DNA from: Amoebophrya sp. A120
Taxonomy: Eukaryota; Protista; Dinoflagellata
Assembly: GCA_905178155.1 (NCBI GenBank)
Contig: CAJINV010000003.1
Location: 3,649,378 to 3,713,377 of the forward strand
Length of the DNA: 64,000 bases
Direction of reading: 5' to 3'
Both the position numbers and the translations under genes were made by a program. The notes under the pieces were generated by a model. The model did not search any database. It was not told where the DNA came from and was given only the letters and a program-made list of their open reading frames with translations. This document shows, one piece after another, positions 26,117-38,100 of the stretch (its first letter is position 1; every line of letters begins with the position of its first letter).

Positions 26117-29100
26117 CTAGCGTGATGGAGCCGGAAACTGTGCCTGTTCCAAGAGGCGCTGGTACTCTTTGGCTTCCTGACGCTTGCGGTCATAGCTGGC
26201 CGCCTTCTCGCGCAGCTGGAGCACGGCACGTTGTCGCTCGGCTCGAAAATCAGCTAGCTCACTCCGCAGCTGGTCGTTTTCTTTTTCCAAGACGTGCACC
26301 CGCATTGTGCGCTCACTGAGCCGAGCTTCCAAGTCCTGAAGAAAAAATTGCATCAAGTCGTCCGCCTGAAAGTTTCTCCTGACAACTCTGTCGTTTTCCG
26401 TATAGACCCAACGGCAAGAACGACAGGGAGATTGTATGTTCTACCTATCGTATCTCATCTCAACATTCTCGTCGACGGTCCCAGTCGCTATATTAAGTGA
26501 GTCGTGCGAATAAAGTACTCAACTAGGAAATGATACCTGAATCGCAATCGATTCCGCCGAAAATGAGGAGGACGACGTTGGTCTCGAGGAGGGCGGTACC
26601 TGTGCGACAACTTGATCTCCCGGCGCCCGACCTTGCTCCAACTGCGCGGCCTGTTCATGCAATTTCGCCTGCAGATGGCTCGCGAGTCTTTGCGCGTCCG
26701 CCAGTTCCGCTTTTTTGCCATCGAGATCGTCTTTCCATTCGGTCGCCCGTCTGAGGAATTCGTCCTTCATCGCAAGCATGTGTTTCTTCAAATGGGCAAC
26801 CTCTTTGCTCCCCTGCGCGCCGTCCACTCGTGCCATACTTTCTGCGTGCTGGAGCTGCTGCCGCACCACGCCAAGTTCCGTTTCGGCCTTGTGCAGCGCA
26901 TGCTTGGTCTCGGCAAATTTCTTGCTGCCGACGGTCTTCTCGTGTCTCAGCTGCTTCACCACCGCTTCGCCCGTCTCAATCTTCTGTTCCAACTTAGCAA
27001 CTCGCTCGCGCAAAGCATTATTTTCCTGTCGCTGGTCGTGCTGAGCGAAGGCTGCTTCCTCCACCTGCTTGCGCAAACTCCTCACCCGTTGCTCCGTTTC
27101 CTCCCTTTCCAAGTCGTCCTGCGATGAAAGAAAACGCGAAGGAAGTAAAAGTATATTTAACTTCCCGGTAGAATAAACAACTGTGGGCTGAAAGGACAAT
27201 ACACAGATCCTTAGCAAGAATCAATCATGTACTTCCGTCCGTACACTAAAAAACGTATGTAGTCAGGAATCTCTCGAAAAGACCTCTATTCCAATCAGGT
27301 AAGTAAAGTACCTCCACGCGTAACTTCTCAGCACCGTCCTGCACTTTCTGTCGCAGTCTCTCGATTTCCTGCCGTAATGCAACGTTTTCTTTTTCTGTGC
27401 TGCCGTGCAGCAGAAGCAAGCGCTTGACCTCCCGTCCCTTCTCCAACAACGCACTTTGAACTTCGCCAAGCTTCTCTACCTGGTTGTGTAGTGGTTCTAC
27501 GCAGATCAGCATCAGCAGGAACAAGAACCCAGAACAACTTCATTCAATAACAAGCGCACGTGAAGATACGAGGATCCGATTCGGAAGATGTAAGACAACT
27601 AAGACTCTCTATTCGTCGTGCATATTGCAGATTCGGAAAGAACTAAACCTTACCGTGGCCACATGTGATTTGTTTCGCCTGGCAGCGTCCTCACGAAGCT
27701 CCGACGTTGTCAGCTCCTGGGCCAGGCGCAAGTCTTTCTCTCGCGCCACCTCCTGTTTCAGGAGCACCACCTCTATGTCCTGAATGTTATCCGAAGTATC
27801 AGGAGACGTTGGAGGCCACTGCACGAACTTCCTCGGTGGAAGGTGCACACCAATCTTTATTTCCTCGACGCTTGAACTTGATGATGAAATTGTCATTCCT
27901 TTTCCGGCATTTGATGTCGTGTTCTTCTTTATCCCCTCAGCCGGTACAACACTAGCAGCCTTTGCCCGCTTATTTCCACTCACCAGTGGTTCAAACTGAT
28001 CGTCTGCCGTCGCGTCGCTAGCTTCATCCCCTTTTGCGTGTCGAATCGGACGATCTGGAGGACCGGATTCTGTTGCGTCCTGATCCTGTGGTGTTGCTGA
28101 ATGAAGCAGGTCACTACCATCCAGTGTCGCGGCCCAACTCGGCGTCGATGCGGCGATGGTCTTCGTGACTTCGTCTATACTCGACATCGGCGGTATCCTG
28201 AATTTCTTCGTGAACGTTGTACCGCGCTGTGATGATGAAGAAGTCGTCGAAGAAGTTTTTACGGAGGAAGCAGAGGCAGGTAGCTCGTCCTCCTTCACCT
28301 TCGGTGAAGTAGATATCCTCGGAGCAGGTCCTTGCTCACTACAAGTAGACACTGTCGCTGCTGCGCGATCGTGTTCCCTGCCCTTACTAGACAACATGAT
28401 CTCATCTTCCCTGCACTTCTCATGCTCTCTACACGACGTCGTGTCTGGACTACTAGGCTTCTCGGCTACAACGTGAGCGGCCTCGGAGGACCGGACGGGA
28501 TGAACCGCAGTAGACTGCTCCTTCGCGCAAGAAAGCTCCACCTTGGCCGCCGGCCCCGTGGAACTACACTGCGATTTGGTCTCGAGCAGCAGTGACTGTG
28601 TCGAGTGGCTGTTGCCATCCATGAGCCAAGAGATTCGACGCTCCATCTGCGACGAGCTTGAGTGCACCAGACTTGTTCCCGGGGTGGCAATATCGAAAAA
28701 CTCAATAGGCTCTTGCCCGCTCGTCGTCGCCCCAGCAGCGTCCGGGCTGGTGACCGATGCAACCGCCTTCATATACTTTTTATACTTGTCGTCCTTAGCA
28801 ACGCTGCTGCTCCCCGCCGCTGTGTTCATCATCATCTTCGTCCCGGTTGTTGTACGAAAAACACCACCGCGGCTCACCGCACTGGCACCCGAAGTAGAAG
28901 ATGCAGCTTCGCTTCGTCTTATGTCCTCCGGGTGACTTGATCCAGATCCGGAGCGCGCGTCTGAGTAGGAGGTGGTACTACCAGCAGCCAGCGAATTTGT
29001 TCCGCCCTGGGGGACTGCGTCATCCACCAGCAGTACCTTCTCCGGCGACGCACTACTGCTTCCATTGTTCTCGTCCAAAACTGGCTGGGCGCCCTCGAAG

Positions 29101-29360
29101 AAAAAAACTTGGCTGGGCGTACGCTCGGCGGGCGAGGCGGCAGACGAGCTGACGAAGCTCGACTCTGTATCTTCCGTACCGCCGCCCTTAACGGACGAAA
29201 ACACCACATCGGAAGCGGGTGTTGCCCGCAAGTGCGCACTCTTTTCCCGAGCGGTGTACATTCGTCCGCTCGTTTTCCGCAGCGGCGACGGCGACCGCAG
29301 AATCGCGGCGGCCATATCGCTTCCATGCGTCGCCGATGCCGCCTCCTCGCCTGTCGTCAT
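26117..29360 (-). CDS. Hypothetical protein with a Ser-rich disordered N-terminus and a C-terminal coiled coil (~890 aa)
   Basis: Four exons joined by phase-0 GT-AG introns at 27480-27653, 27119-27311 and 26336-26536. Heptad-like E/K/L/Q-rich C-terminal half. Confidence 0.65.
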
Positions 29361-30024
29361 CTTTAACTTTGTATTGAACTGTGTCCGTCGACGCTCCCCC
29401 TCTCTTCTTCGAAAACCGAAAATAGCACTGTGATTTTTCGCGCACGCACTCCGCTCGTCTACGGGCTAACATGAGCAAACAATGTAAACAGTTTTCGTTT
29501 CTCTCGGCCAGTTTGCGCCCCGGGTTCACGAAAATTTTTTTTCCAGCCCCAAAAGGAGCAGGAAGTTCTTGTTCTTCATGGCACCGCTCATCTACTTGCC
29601 ACATCCCAAAGAACAGCACGACAAAATAATGGAAGATTGCTTCTCCAACAGAAACGAATTTTGAAACGGCTTGAAATCAAGCAACATATGCTGATCTACC
29701 ACAAGAAAATCCCAGAAGTGGTGTACCGGATACATTCATTGGGAGTGTTTCTAGAAACGGCTGAACCTTGCTACGGCATTCGTATTCAGCATGCGCAATA
29801 CATTTTTACAGGTGCTAATCAATTTTTCTCAAGGCTAATTTTTTGCTGCAAATTCCTAAGTAGGTACATTTCCGAGACCAGAAAAATGTCGATGTAATTT
29901 TTTGAAAACATACTTGAATGCTGCAAAACAATGCCGCAAGATGAAGTCTGTACAACATTAAAGAACTGAAGCCTCGTCAACAACGAAGGTGCGTTACAGG
30001 ATAGTCGTTTGTGCCAGCATGATT

Positions 30025-31090
30025 TCAGTAGTCATGCAAAGCCCCAGAGTTGCTTGTCACATTGTGTCTCCCCAAGCAGAGCAATGCGAGAAAAGAAGCA
30101 ATTTGCAATGCCACCATGGTCCCCAGACCAACACCCAAAGTCAGCTTTGCTTCTCGTTTCTCCTTCGCATAGAGCGCAGAGGCAGCACTCTTTGACAAAC
30201 CACCCTCAGCTACCATCGTGCTAATTTTCTCGAGCACCTCTTCATCCTCCATTGCCCCGAATATTGGACGGCTCATGCAGCCGTTCTGCTGCACAAACAT
30301 CACCAACTGTAAATGTTTTTTTGGGAGGTACGTGCCACGAGCTTCAGCAGTGCTGCAGCTTTCTTTTTACTGCGAGAAGTTAGTGAAAAGCAGAAAGAAA
30401 ATCAAAATGAAAAACGACAACATTATCTGCATGAATTCTGTACAAAACAAGCACGTCCTATACCAAGATCGCCCAGGAGAAGATGAAGATTCCCTTGACA
30501 AATGCCCCCGCAGGAATGTTGTAGTTGTGGTGCTTCAAGCGGGCACAGGTGATCACGCTGCAGACCAACGCAGTTGTATGGAAGCGTCAGGTTTGAAATC
30601 GTCAAAGTTGAAATAATTTGTAATGCATAAAATGCATGACCCGAGGCACGTGTGTTGCAGAGCAGGCAAGTGAGGCCGATTGTAAGCCTGTTTGGGGTTA
30701 CAGCTTGAGCTGCTAAAGTAGCATGAGAAAATCGCTCGTCTTTGCCTAAACAGCATGACAGAGTGGATTTAGGGACCAACGAAATTTGTCTTGCACCACT
30801 TGGAAACCGGGTTCCAACTGGCGTCCATTTTATGCATGACAAATTATTTCAACTTTGTCGATTTCAAACCTGACACATCCATAAGTTGCGCTCGCCACGT
30901 AGAGGATCATGCGCGCTTTTTCGAAGTCCTCGGGACCGTTCCCTTGGATGGTGACAAGTGGCGCAAAAATCGTGGCTATATCCAGGAGAATGACCACCCA
31001 GTCGGTCCACTGCCACCGCGAGTTATCGTCACTGTCGTGTAAAGCGACCCCTGGAACGATGGCGTGGTAGTAGCGTGCATGATACGCCAT
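30025..31090 (-). CDS. Small multi-pass membrane protein (~198 aa) interrupted by an introner
   Basis: Exons 31090-30884, 30571-30464 and 30306-30025. Removing the element plus TSD gives ...YVASAT-ALVCSVIT.... GT-AG intron at 30307-30463. About four hydrophobic segments. Confidence 0.65.
30577..30883. mobile_element. Introner/MITE family E (307 bp), TIR ~55 bp, TSD AGTTG
   Basis: Left end TATGGAAGCGTCAGGTTTGAAATCGTCAAAGTTGAAATAATTTG is the near-perfect inverse of the right end ...CAAATTATTTCAACTTTGTCGATTTCAAACCTGACACATCCATA. AGTTG at 30572-30576 and 30884-30888. Confidence 0.9.
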
Positions 31091-32149
31091 TTTTTTCGAC
31101 GAGTTTAGGGTCGGGTCACAATGATATCCTGAAGATAGAAGAGCTCTGTCGCTGATGAATAAGGTTCACTACAATCGAGCTACCTATGCCCTGAAGCTGT
31201 TCGTAGTTGTACGCCTGAAAAAGCATGCGGCTTCTGTACTCTGCAGCGCCGCTGAAATTTTCCGAAACACACCGAGGACAATAGCACGAGCGAAAAGCGT
31301 CTCGAGACCCCTCAGGATATTCTTCGCAGTGGCGCAAGAAAACGACAACGCAAACACCTTATTTACGAAGTCCAAATTCTGTCCGATGAGACGCTTCATG
31401 TAAAACTTCAGAAATTCACTCTTCCTCGGCGACTTTCGCTCGTTTCAACAATGAAATCTGCGCAACCTGGTCGAACTCAAGCTTATACAACAGAATATTG
31501 CGACAAACGAGGCTGAAGAAGGACTCTTCAGCAAGAACGTTTATGATTTTTTCAAATTTGATATTTTTTTCTTTTTGTTTTTCTTTTCAACCTCACTTCT
31601 CTTGCAAAATAAAAAACGCGTCAGTCAGCGGTGGAACTGCTTTTTCCGCCACTTCCAATACAGCCAAAAAACTACATTTCGAAAGCGCTACGAAGTAGTT
31701 GCTACGTTCTGATATATCATGCGATCATTTACAGTGTGATTACCGAAACGTATTTGCGAAACCTGGAACTGGATCAAATCATTCATGAAGCAAGGTTCTT
31801 CTTGGAAAAACAAAAAAAACTCTCTGTGATGTAAGACGTTTAGCACACGCAAGGCCATTCCAATTCATTTTTAGGCGAAAGCCAGTGAAAAAAATCGCTA
31901 TATTTAAAACTGATTTTACACCGAGATCCAGCGACTGCGCTTCAGCCGTGGTTCCGGGCGCGCCGCAACCGAAGGTCCGGCTAGCTGTAAAACAAAAACT
32001 TTTCCAAAAACTAGAAGGTCTAAACCGACTCTCTTTCAACATCGCTATATGTGTAAGGAAGTGCTATCAATGACAGACACAAGTCTGACTTTGTTTTATG
32101 ACTTTGAATTAGAATTTCTCCATATTCTTCTCAAAAAATAGGCCCCGCT

Positions 32150-35100
32150 TTAGAAGACTGGCACACATTCATCGCTGTTGGCCACCACCCGTGCGTCGTT
32201 GGCACCACAGTCATACCAAACGACAGTGTGCGCGCCAGGCTCTTGCTCGTCGCACATGGGTTCTTGGTGACAGTGGCAGGACAGGTCCGCAGCGACCGTG
32301 GCAAATGTGTGCAACGGGTAGAACACTCGACACTGCTGCGCACATAGATAGGAGTCCCCGAACTTGAGACCCTGGCTATCAAACGCGACCTTCGGAATGC
32401 TGCGCTTCATGCTCGCTTCATTAGACCTCCTACTTCTCGCCACGTCAAGAACTTCTGTTTCGCTCTCGTCGGTCGTCTCCCACCTAGTATCGCAGTTCAC
32501 CGGTCGAATGGACAACTTTACAGGCTCGGGCTCTACATCATGAACGTCGTCTACTCTCCTGGTTTGCAAGAACAGCGATGGCGCCGCAGTCGTTGTACTA
32601 TTACTACTCCCAGCGGCCTCGCGTAGACAGTCTAACCCGGGCGGAGAGCAGAGAAGCGCCGCCTCTGCCTGTACGACATTCAGACTGTCATCGTCCGCGT
32701 TGCAGCTGTTTTCGGCCATTTTTCGCAGCGTCTCCTCGAGCTGCAGGAGCTTCTTCCCCGCTTTTTCTAAATTCTCCGGTGACTTGTCGGCAGCGGCGAC
32801 TTTGGCGGCCTCGCGCAAACCCGCACCCAGCACGTTGGACCGCGCTTCGAGCGCCTCGCAGTTTGCGCTGAGTGTGTGCTCTTCCAGTGCCTGTTTTGCG
32901 CGTTCGATTTTCCGCGTGCAGCGCGGATTCACAGCCGGCGCAAACTCCTTCTCGCAGGCCACACCCTCTTGCAGATCGTCCTTCAGTAGACTACTGAACG
33001 TATCCGACCGCGCCACGTTACAGTCAATCAGCGCCGTGGACCAGGCGAGCCGCTTGTCGGTGGCACTCGGCGACTTGCGGTAGACCAGGAGCGCGTTCCG
33101 GGCGGTGCGGCATTTATCCTCCTCTACCGTGCGCAGTTTGTTCATTTTCAACGCCGCTTGCACCTCGTCGATCCGCGCCTGCACCTTGTCCAACGCTCGC
33201 GTGGCGGCCTCGCACTCGGTGGCCGAATCCCCGTAGGACAGGCACGTTTCCTCCTTGCTTTTCTTGGCCTCGTCCGCGCTCGCGCTCAGCGCGTCGGAGA
33301 TCGCCTCCGCCTTCTCCACGTAGGCGCGCTCCGACTCGCCGCGCTCTTCCGTCGCCTCCTGGACGATCTTCTTCTCGTACTTCCCGACGGCAGCCATCAG
33401 CTCCCACACCGCCCGCTGGGCCACTTCCAGGTTGGCGCTCTTCGCTTCGTAGTTCAACCGCAAGCGGTCCTGGTCCAGGGCGGTCCCGTCGGTGCTGTTC
33501 AGGTACAGCTCCTTCGCGTAGGACTCCATGGCCTCGGCCCGCCGCAGCACGTCGAGCCGCTGCGCGGAGACGAAGCTCTTCTCCGCCTCCCCGATCTCTA
33601 CGAGCAGCGTCTTGTGCTCCTCGAACTTCGCCTTCAGCTCGGCCGTCAGCAAATCCTGCTTGGCCTTCAACTTCTCCTGCTCGTCCGCGGGCGCGGTTTT
33701 CATCTTGTCCTCCAGCGCCTTGAAGCCGCTCTGGAGCTGGTTCCGCAGGGCGTTCATGGACCGCCAGTCCTGCACCCGCCGCATCAAGGCATCCCGGCTG
33801 TCCCGACGCCGAAACCGCGCGCGCACCGCGGCCGACTGCTTGTTCTCCACCGCGAAGTGCGTCATGCTCTCCAACGGATCTTCTTTTACCGTCTCCCACG
33901 TCTGCAAGAAGGCAGTCCATTTGGTGGATTCCGCCGTGGAAAGACTCGTCGAGGTCCCGCCGGTCTGTTGTGGTTTTCTTGTGTGGAGGTCTGTGTAATA
34001 ACCTTATTTTCATCATCAGAACCTTTTAGACAGCATGCATGATAGTTGTGTGTGTTAAAGCCCAGAAGCCACCTACGACTTTGCATCGGCATCAACAGGG
34101 CGGCCCAAAGAAGATAAGTACCTCTTCATTCGCTTCGAGCACTGAGTAGTACGCGGCAACTGCGTGCGAAATGGACTCTATTCGCGTCGTCCGAGTAGTG
34201 CGATCCTCCATGTAGACGCCCATGCGCTGCTTCAGGTTTTCCAGGGTTGCCTTACGTTCGGCCAAGTTGAGCATCCGCAATGCAATCTTGGTCAAAATCT
34301 GTTTTTCTTGGCGCAAAGCATTCTTGCTGACCCGCACAAACACCTCCAGCTTTTCGTACTCGTCCCTGGCTGCGTCTTCCTGCACCTCTGCGGCCATCGC
34401 TGCGGCTTTCGCTTTATTGTACAGGTCCGTGTTGCCTTGCAGAGCTGGGTCAGCCAGTGCCTGCTTGGCAAGCTTCGTCGCCTCTTCTGCCACGAGCAGC
34501 CCTGGCTTTGCTGTATCCCTGGTTTCTTCAGAGACCTGCAAACGCGCTTCCGCGGCCGTCACTCGGCTCTCATGGACACCCTGCAGATGTTGTAAATTTA
34601 AAATTTGGTGGTGAAGTTTTCTCCTAGAAAACCCTTAAGAAGTCTTCAACTCTCAAGGTAAGAAAGATTGAAAAAAATACCTTCCGCTCTTCTTCCGCAG
34701 CTGACGCAGCCTCAGCCTGCGCTATTGCGTCATCAAGCAAGGTGGTCATGCGGTCATAGGATGCGGCCTGCTTGCCCTCCAGGTATTTCTTGAAGTCTTG
34801 CAGAGCGCCGGTTCGGTTGACCGCCAGAGAAAGGCGTCCCTGCGCCTCGACCACAGCGTTCGCAGCGTCGATTGCAAGCTTCCGTCCCGGAGTCATGTTT
34901 GCGACCACGCCGGAAGTGGCGTTCGCAACTGCACTGAGCCCGGGCACACTGCTGACGACGCCCCCGACGGCCCCTCCTAACAGACCTTGAAGCTCGTTGG
35001 CTTCGTTTACCGCCTGGTTCGCGAAGTGCTCCGCGCGAATCTCGGTCATTTGCGCCCGCGCCACGGATCCGGCAGCGGTGTCCAGCTGCGCGCGCGCGGC

Positions 35101-38100
35101 CAGCGTGATAATCCAGGTCTGCGCCAGCGCAACGTCCATCCGCGCGTCCGCCATGTGACTCTGCATCTCCTGTCGCTTGTAGTCCAGAAACACCACCTTG
35201 TTCACCTCTAGCTTCTTGCGCGCCTCCTGCGTTTCTTTGAACAAGTCCTGCTGGTTCTGCTTCAACAGGTCGCGGAACGTCCGCTGCTTGATCAAGTACG
35301 CCTCCGCCTCGGCCTGCGTTTGCGAGTTGCGCGCCGCGATGCCCACGCGGGCCGTATCCAGCAATTTCTGCATCACCACCACGCCACGCGTCAACGCGGT
35401 CCGCACCTTCACCTTGGTGAGACCGTCTCCCGCGGCGTCGATCGCTTGCTTTACATCCTCGACCGCGAGATCTGCGTTCTTAAACGCCGCCTGGAAACCC
35501 AGCAGTTCCACCAGACTCGCCTGTCGGACGGCCTGCCCGAGGAGGCGCGTGCTGTCCGCGCGCATGCCCATGCGTTGCAAGTCTTTCTGCGTCTCGTCGA
35601 CGGTTCCGCGCGACAGCTGGACCACACGAGGCAGCTTGGGCTGCAAAGCCGCGGCCGCGGTAGCGGGGGCAGGCGCTTGCGCCCCCGTCATCGCGGACAT
35701 GGCAATCTGGGCCGCGTTTGCGTTCGGTGAGGCGGGGAAGGGCGGTTGCGGCCCCGACGTTCCGGAACTTGACGTTCCGGAAATGGGAGTGCCCTGGATT
35801 GTCCCCACGGCCAGTTTTGCCTGCGCGGCAAGTTTCTGTGCCTTGGGGTCCGTCGTGGTGGGTAGTCCCTTCGCTTTCAACACGGAAGCCTTCACTTGGG
35901 CCGCCTTCTGCTTTGCGAGGCTCGCGGCGTAGGCGGCCTTCGCGGCGTCCGCTTTGGCCTGCGCGGCCGCGGGGCCCCAAAGTGCAGAAGGGGCCACGTA
36001 TTTGACGGGTTTCGGATCAGCCTTGGCGTCTTCCGTTCTTGCGGAGGAATGATCTTCATCCACACTCAGGAGCGAGGCAGGCCAGATACCTAACGTTTGC
36101 TGTACGTTGCTGACCTCAGCAGGAAGGGCCGTGTTCGTGATTCTTTCGGTCTGCAGGGCCAAATCGTTTTTCACTTCTTCCTTTTTGCCGAGCGGCCGCG
36201 ATACTGCTTCTATCGCCGGTGATGAGCGTATGATTGAAACTTCTTCTGCTGGCATCGAGTCAACACTGGCGTTGGAAACGGATGGCGCAACCGCAACCAA
36301 CCCAGGCTCTGCATGCCGCGTCGCGCGCCGCACAATATCTGCATCAGGTGCGGTTGATTGAGGTGTACGAACCGCCGTTGGAGCAGTTCCAGCTTCGTCG
36401 GCGTGATCTTTCTTCTTGATGCCCGGGAGCTGATGATCCAAAGGGCCACGTTGATTGCTTTTCTTCGCTGGCTCAGCACTTGCTCCCGCTGCAGCGACTT
36501 CGCGACCAGACTCCGACTCAGTGACGCTTTCTTTCTTTCCAATTTTTTTCCCCGCGTCCACTTCCGCAAGGTTCAGCATCCCCGTCTTCTCCCCTGACAC
36601 CGCTGCAGAATGATCTTCAGTCCTCCCGGTAGTAGTTCTTGCAATCCTGCTATCAATACCGTCTACAGATACAGGTACAGGCGGAGGCACAACTGGTCTA
36701 ACTACAACTTCTGCGGCAACAGGACGATGATTATGCTCCGCCGGTACCGCCGCCCTGACAGGCATCGTGACGGGCTCCACAATCGCATCTGCCATGGTAA
36801 TATGCGGTGTCATCATGCCATCATCAGTGCTCATGGCGGCGAGACGGAGCGCCTCGTCGTCCGACACGCCGGCGTGCACACGCCGCGCCGGTACGTCCGG
36901 AACGGTATTGTCGATCTCCCCGTCGGCTCCTTCGGCGTGGAACATCGTCTGTGGAACACCGGATGAACCGGCTTCGACAGCACTTGCCACCGGTACCGTC
37001 GACGAGGCACGGCGGGGTCGCGTCGGGGGGCCTAGAATTTGCACGACGGGACTGTAGGCGGGTGCGTCATCCTCCTCGTCTTCCAGAAGCGCCTTAGTGT
37101 CTGATTGCACCGTGGTGTCGAACCCGAGATCTGTGGCTACCTCTTGTGCAGCGGCCGCCAGATCCGAATCCACTCGCAGCAGCGGCAGGCCAGAGGACCC
37201 ATGATTGACGACCCCGTTCGCATCAAAACCGAGGTGGTCATGCCCCCCTTGTTGCCCGCGTCGCTCCATTTGCAAAAAAGCAGCTCCGGCTTGCTGTCCA
37301 CCGCTGGCAGCGGCCCCTGCTGCTGGTGCTCCTGCCGCTGCCCCACCACTAGAGCCGGCGTCTAAATCTGCGTTTTTCAGTGCGGTCTTCTGGAGCTTTT
37401 GCAACTCCGTTTGAAATTTGAAGGCCTGCAACTCCTGCAGTGCGAGAAGCCGAAAGCGCCGCGCCGCGTCCAGCTTTCGCTGCTGCGCCAAGACCGACGC
37501 TGGTGCAGCGTTCGTAACTGCGCTGGTGGTGTTGGCCAGGCCTTTCTGTTTCTTGTAGTCCTCGCGCGCCAAGTCGACCGCGCGCTCGTACGCTTGCAGA
37601 ACGTTCGCAGCACTGTCCGAAAACATTTTCTCGTCCCAAACCAGCAGCTCCTTCTGCGTGTCTAGGAAAACCTTGTCGCCCGTACGCTGGCTGTCCAGGT
37701 ACTGCTGCCGCATCCGGAACAGATGAATGCTGGCCTTGGTCAGAAGCAAAGTTTGCCGCGCAACCGACACCCGGCGGGTGGCGCGGGCTACGGAAAGCTG
37801 CACAAACGCTTCCAAACCGTTGGCGTTGTCACCCAGCTGCAAGGCGGTCTGGAAAATGAGCAAATTGGCGCTTTCGACTGCTAACTGACGCTCCGCGCGT
37901 GCCACCGCGAGGTCGTTCCGCGCCGAAGTCAACAACTCGTAGCGTCGCCCGAAAGCCTCGACGCGACGCTCGTACTCCAAGATCGCGTCCCGCAACGCTC
38001 GCTTGGACTGCGCACACCCGTCGACGGGAGCTGCGGCAGTTGCATTTGTATCGTTCGCACCTCCGCTTGTTCCATTCATCCCTCCCACGGCAGTTCCGTT

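Noticed and set aside
3749-31861. Similar GC(A)AGGCCATTCC strings at ~3749 and ~31849 upstream of genes
   Set aside because: Only two short occurrences at different distances from the start codons, which is compatible with chance.
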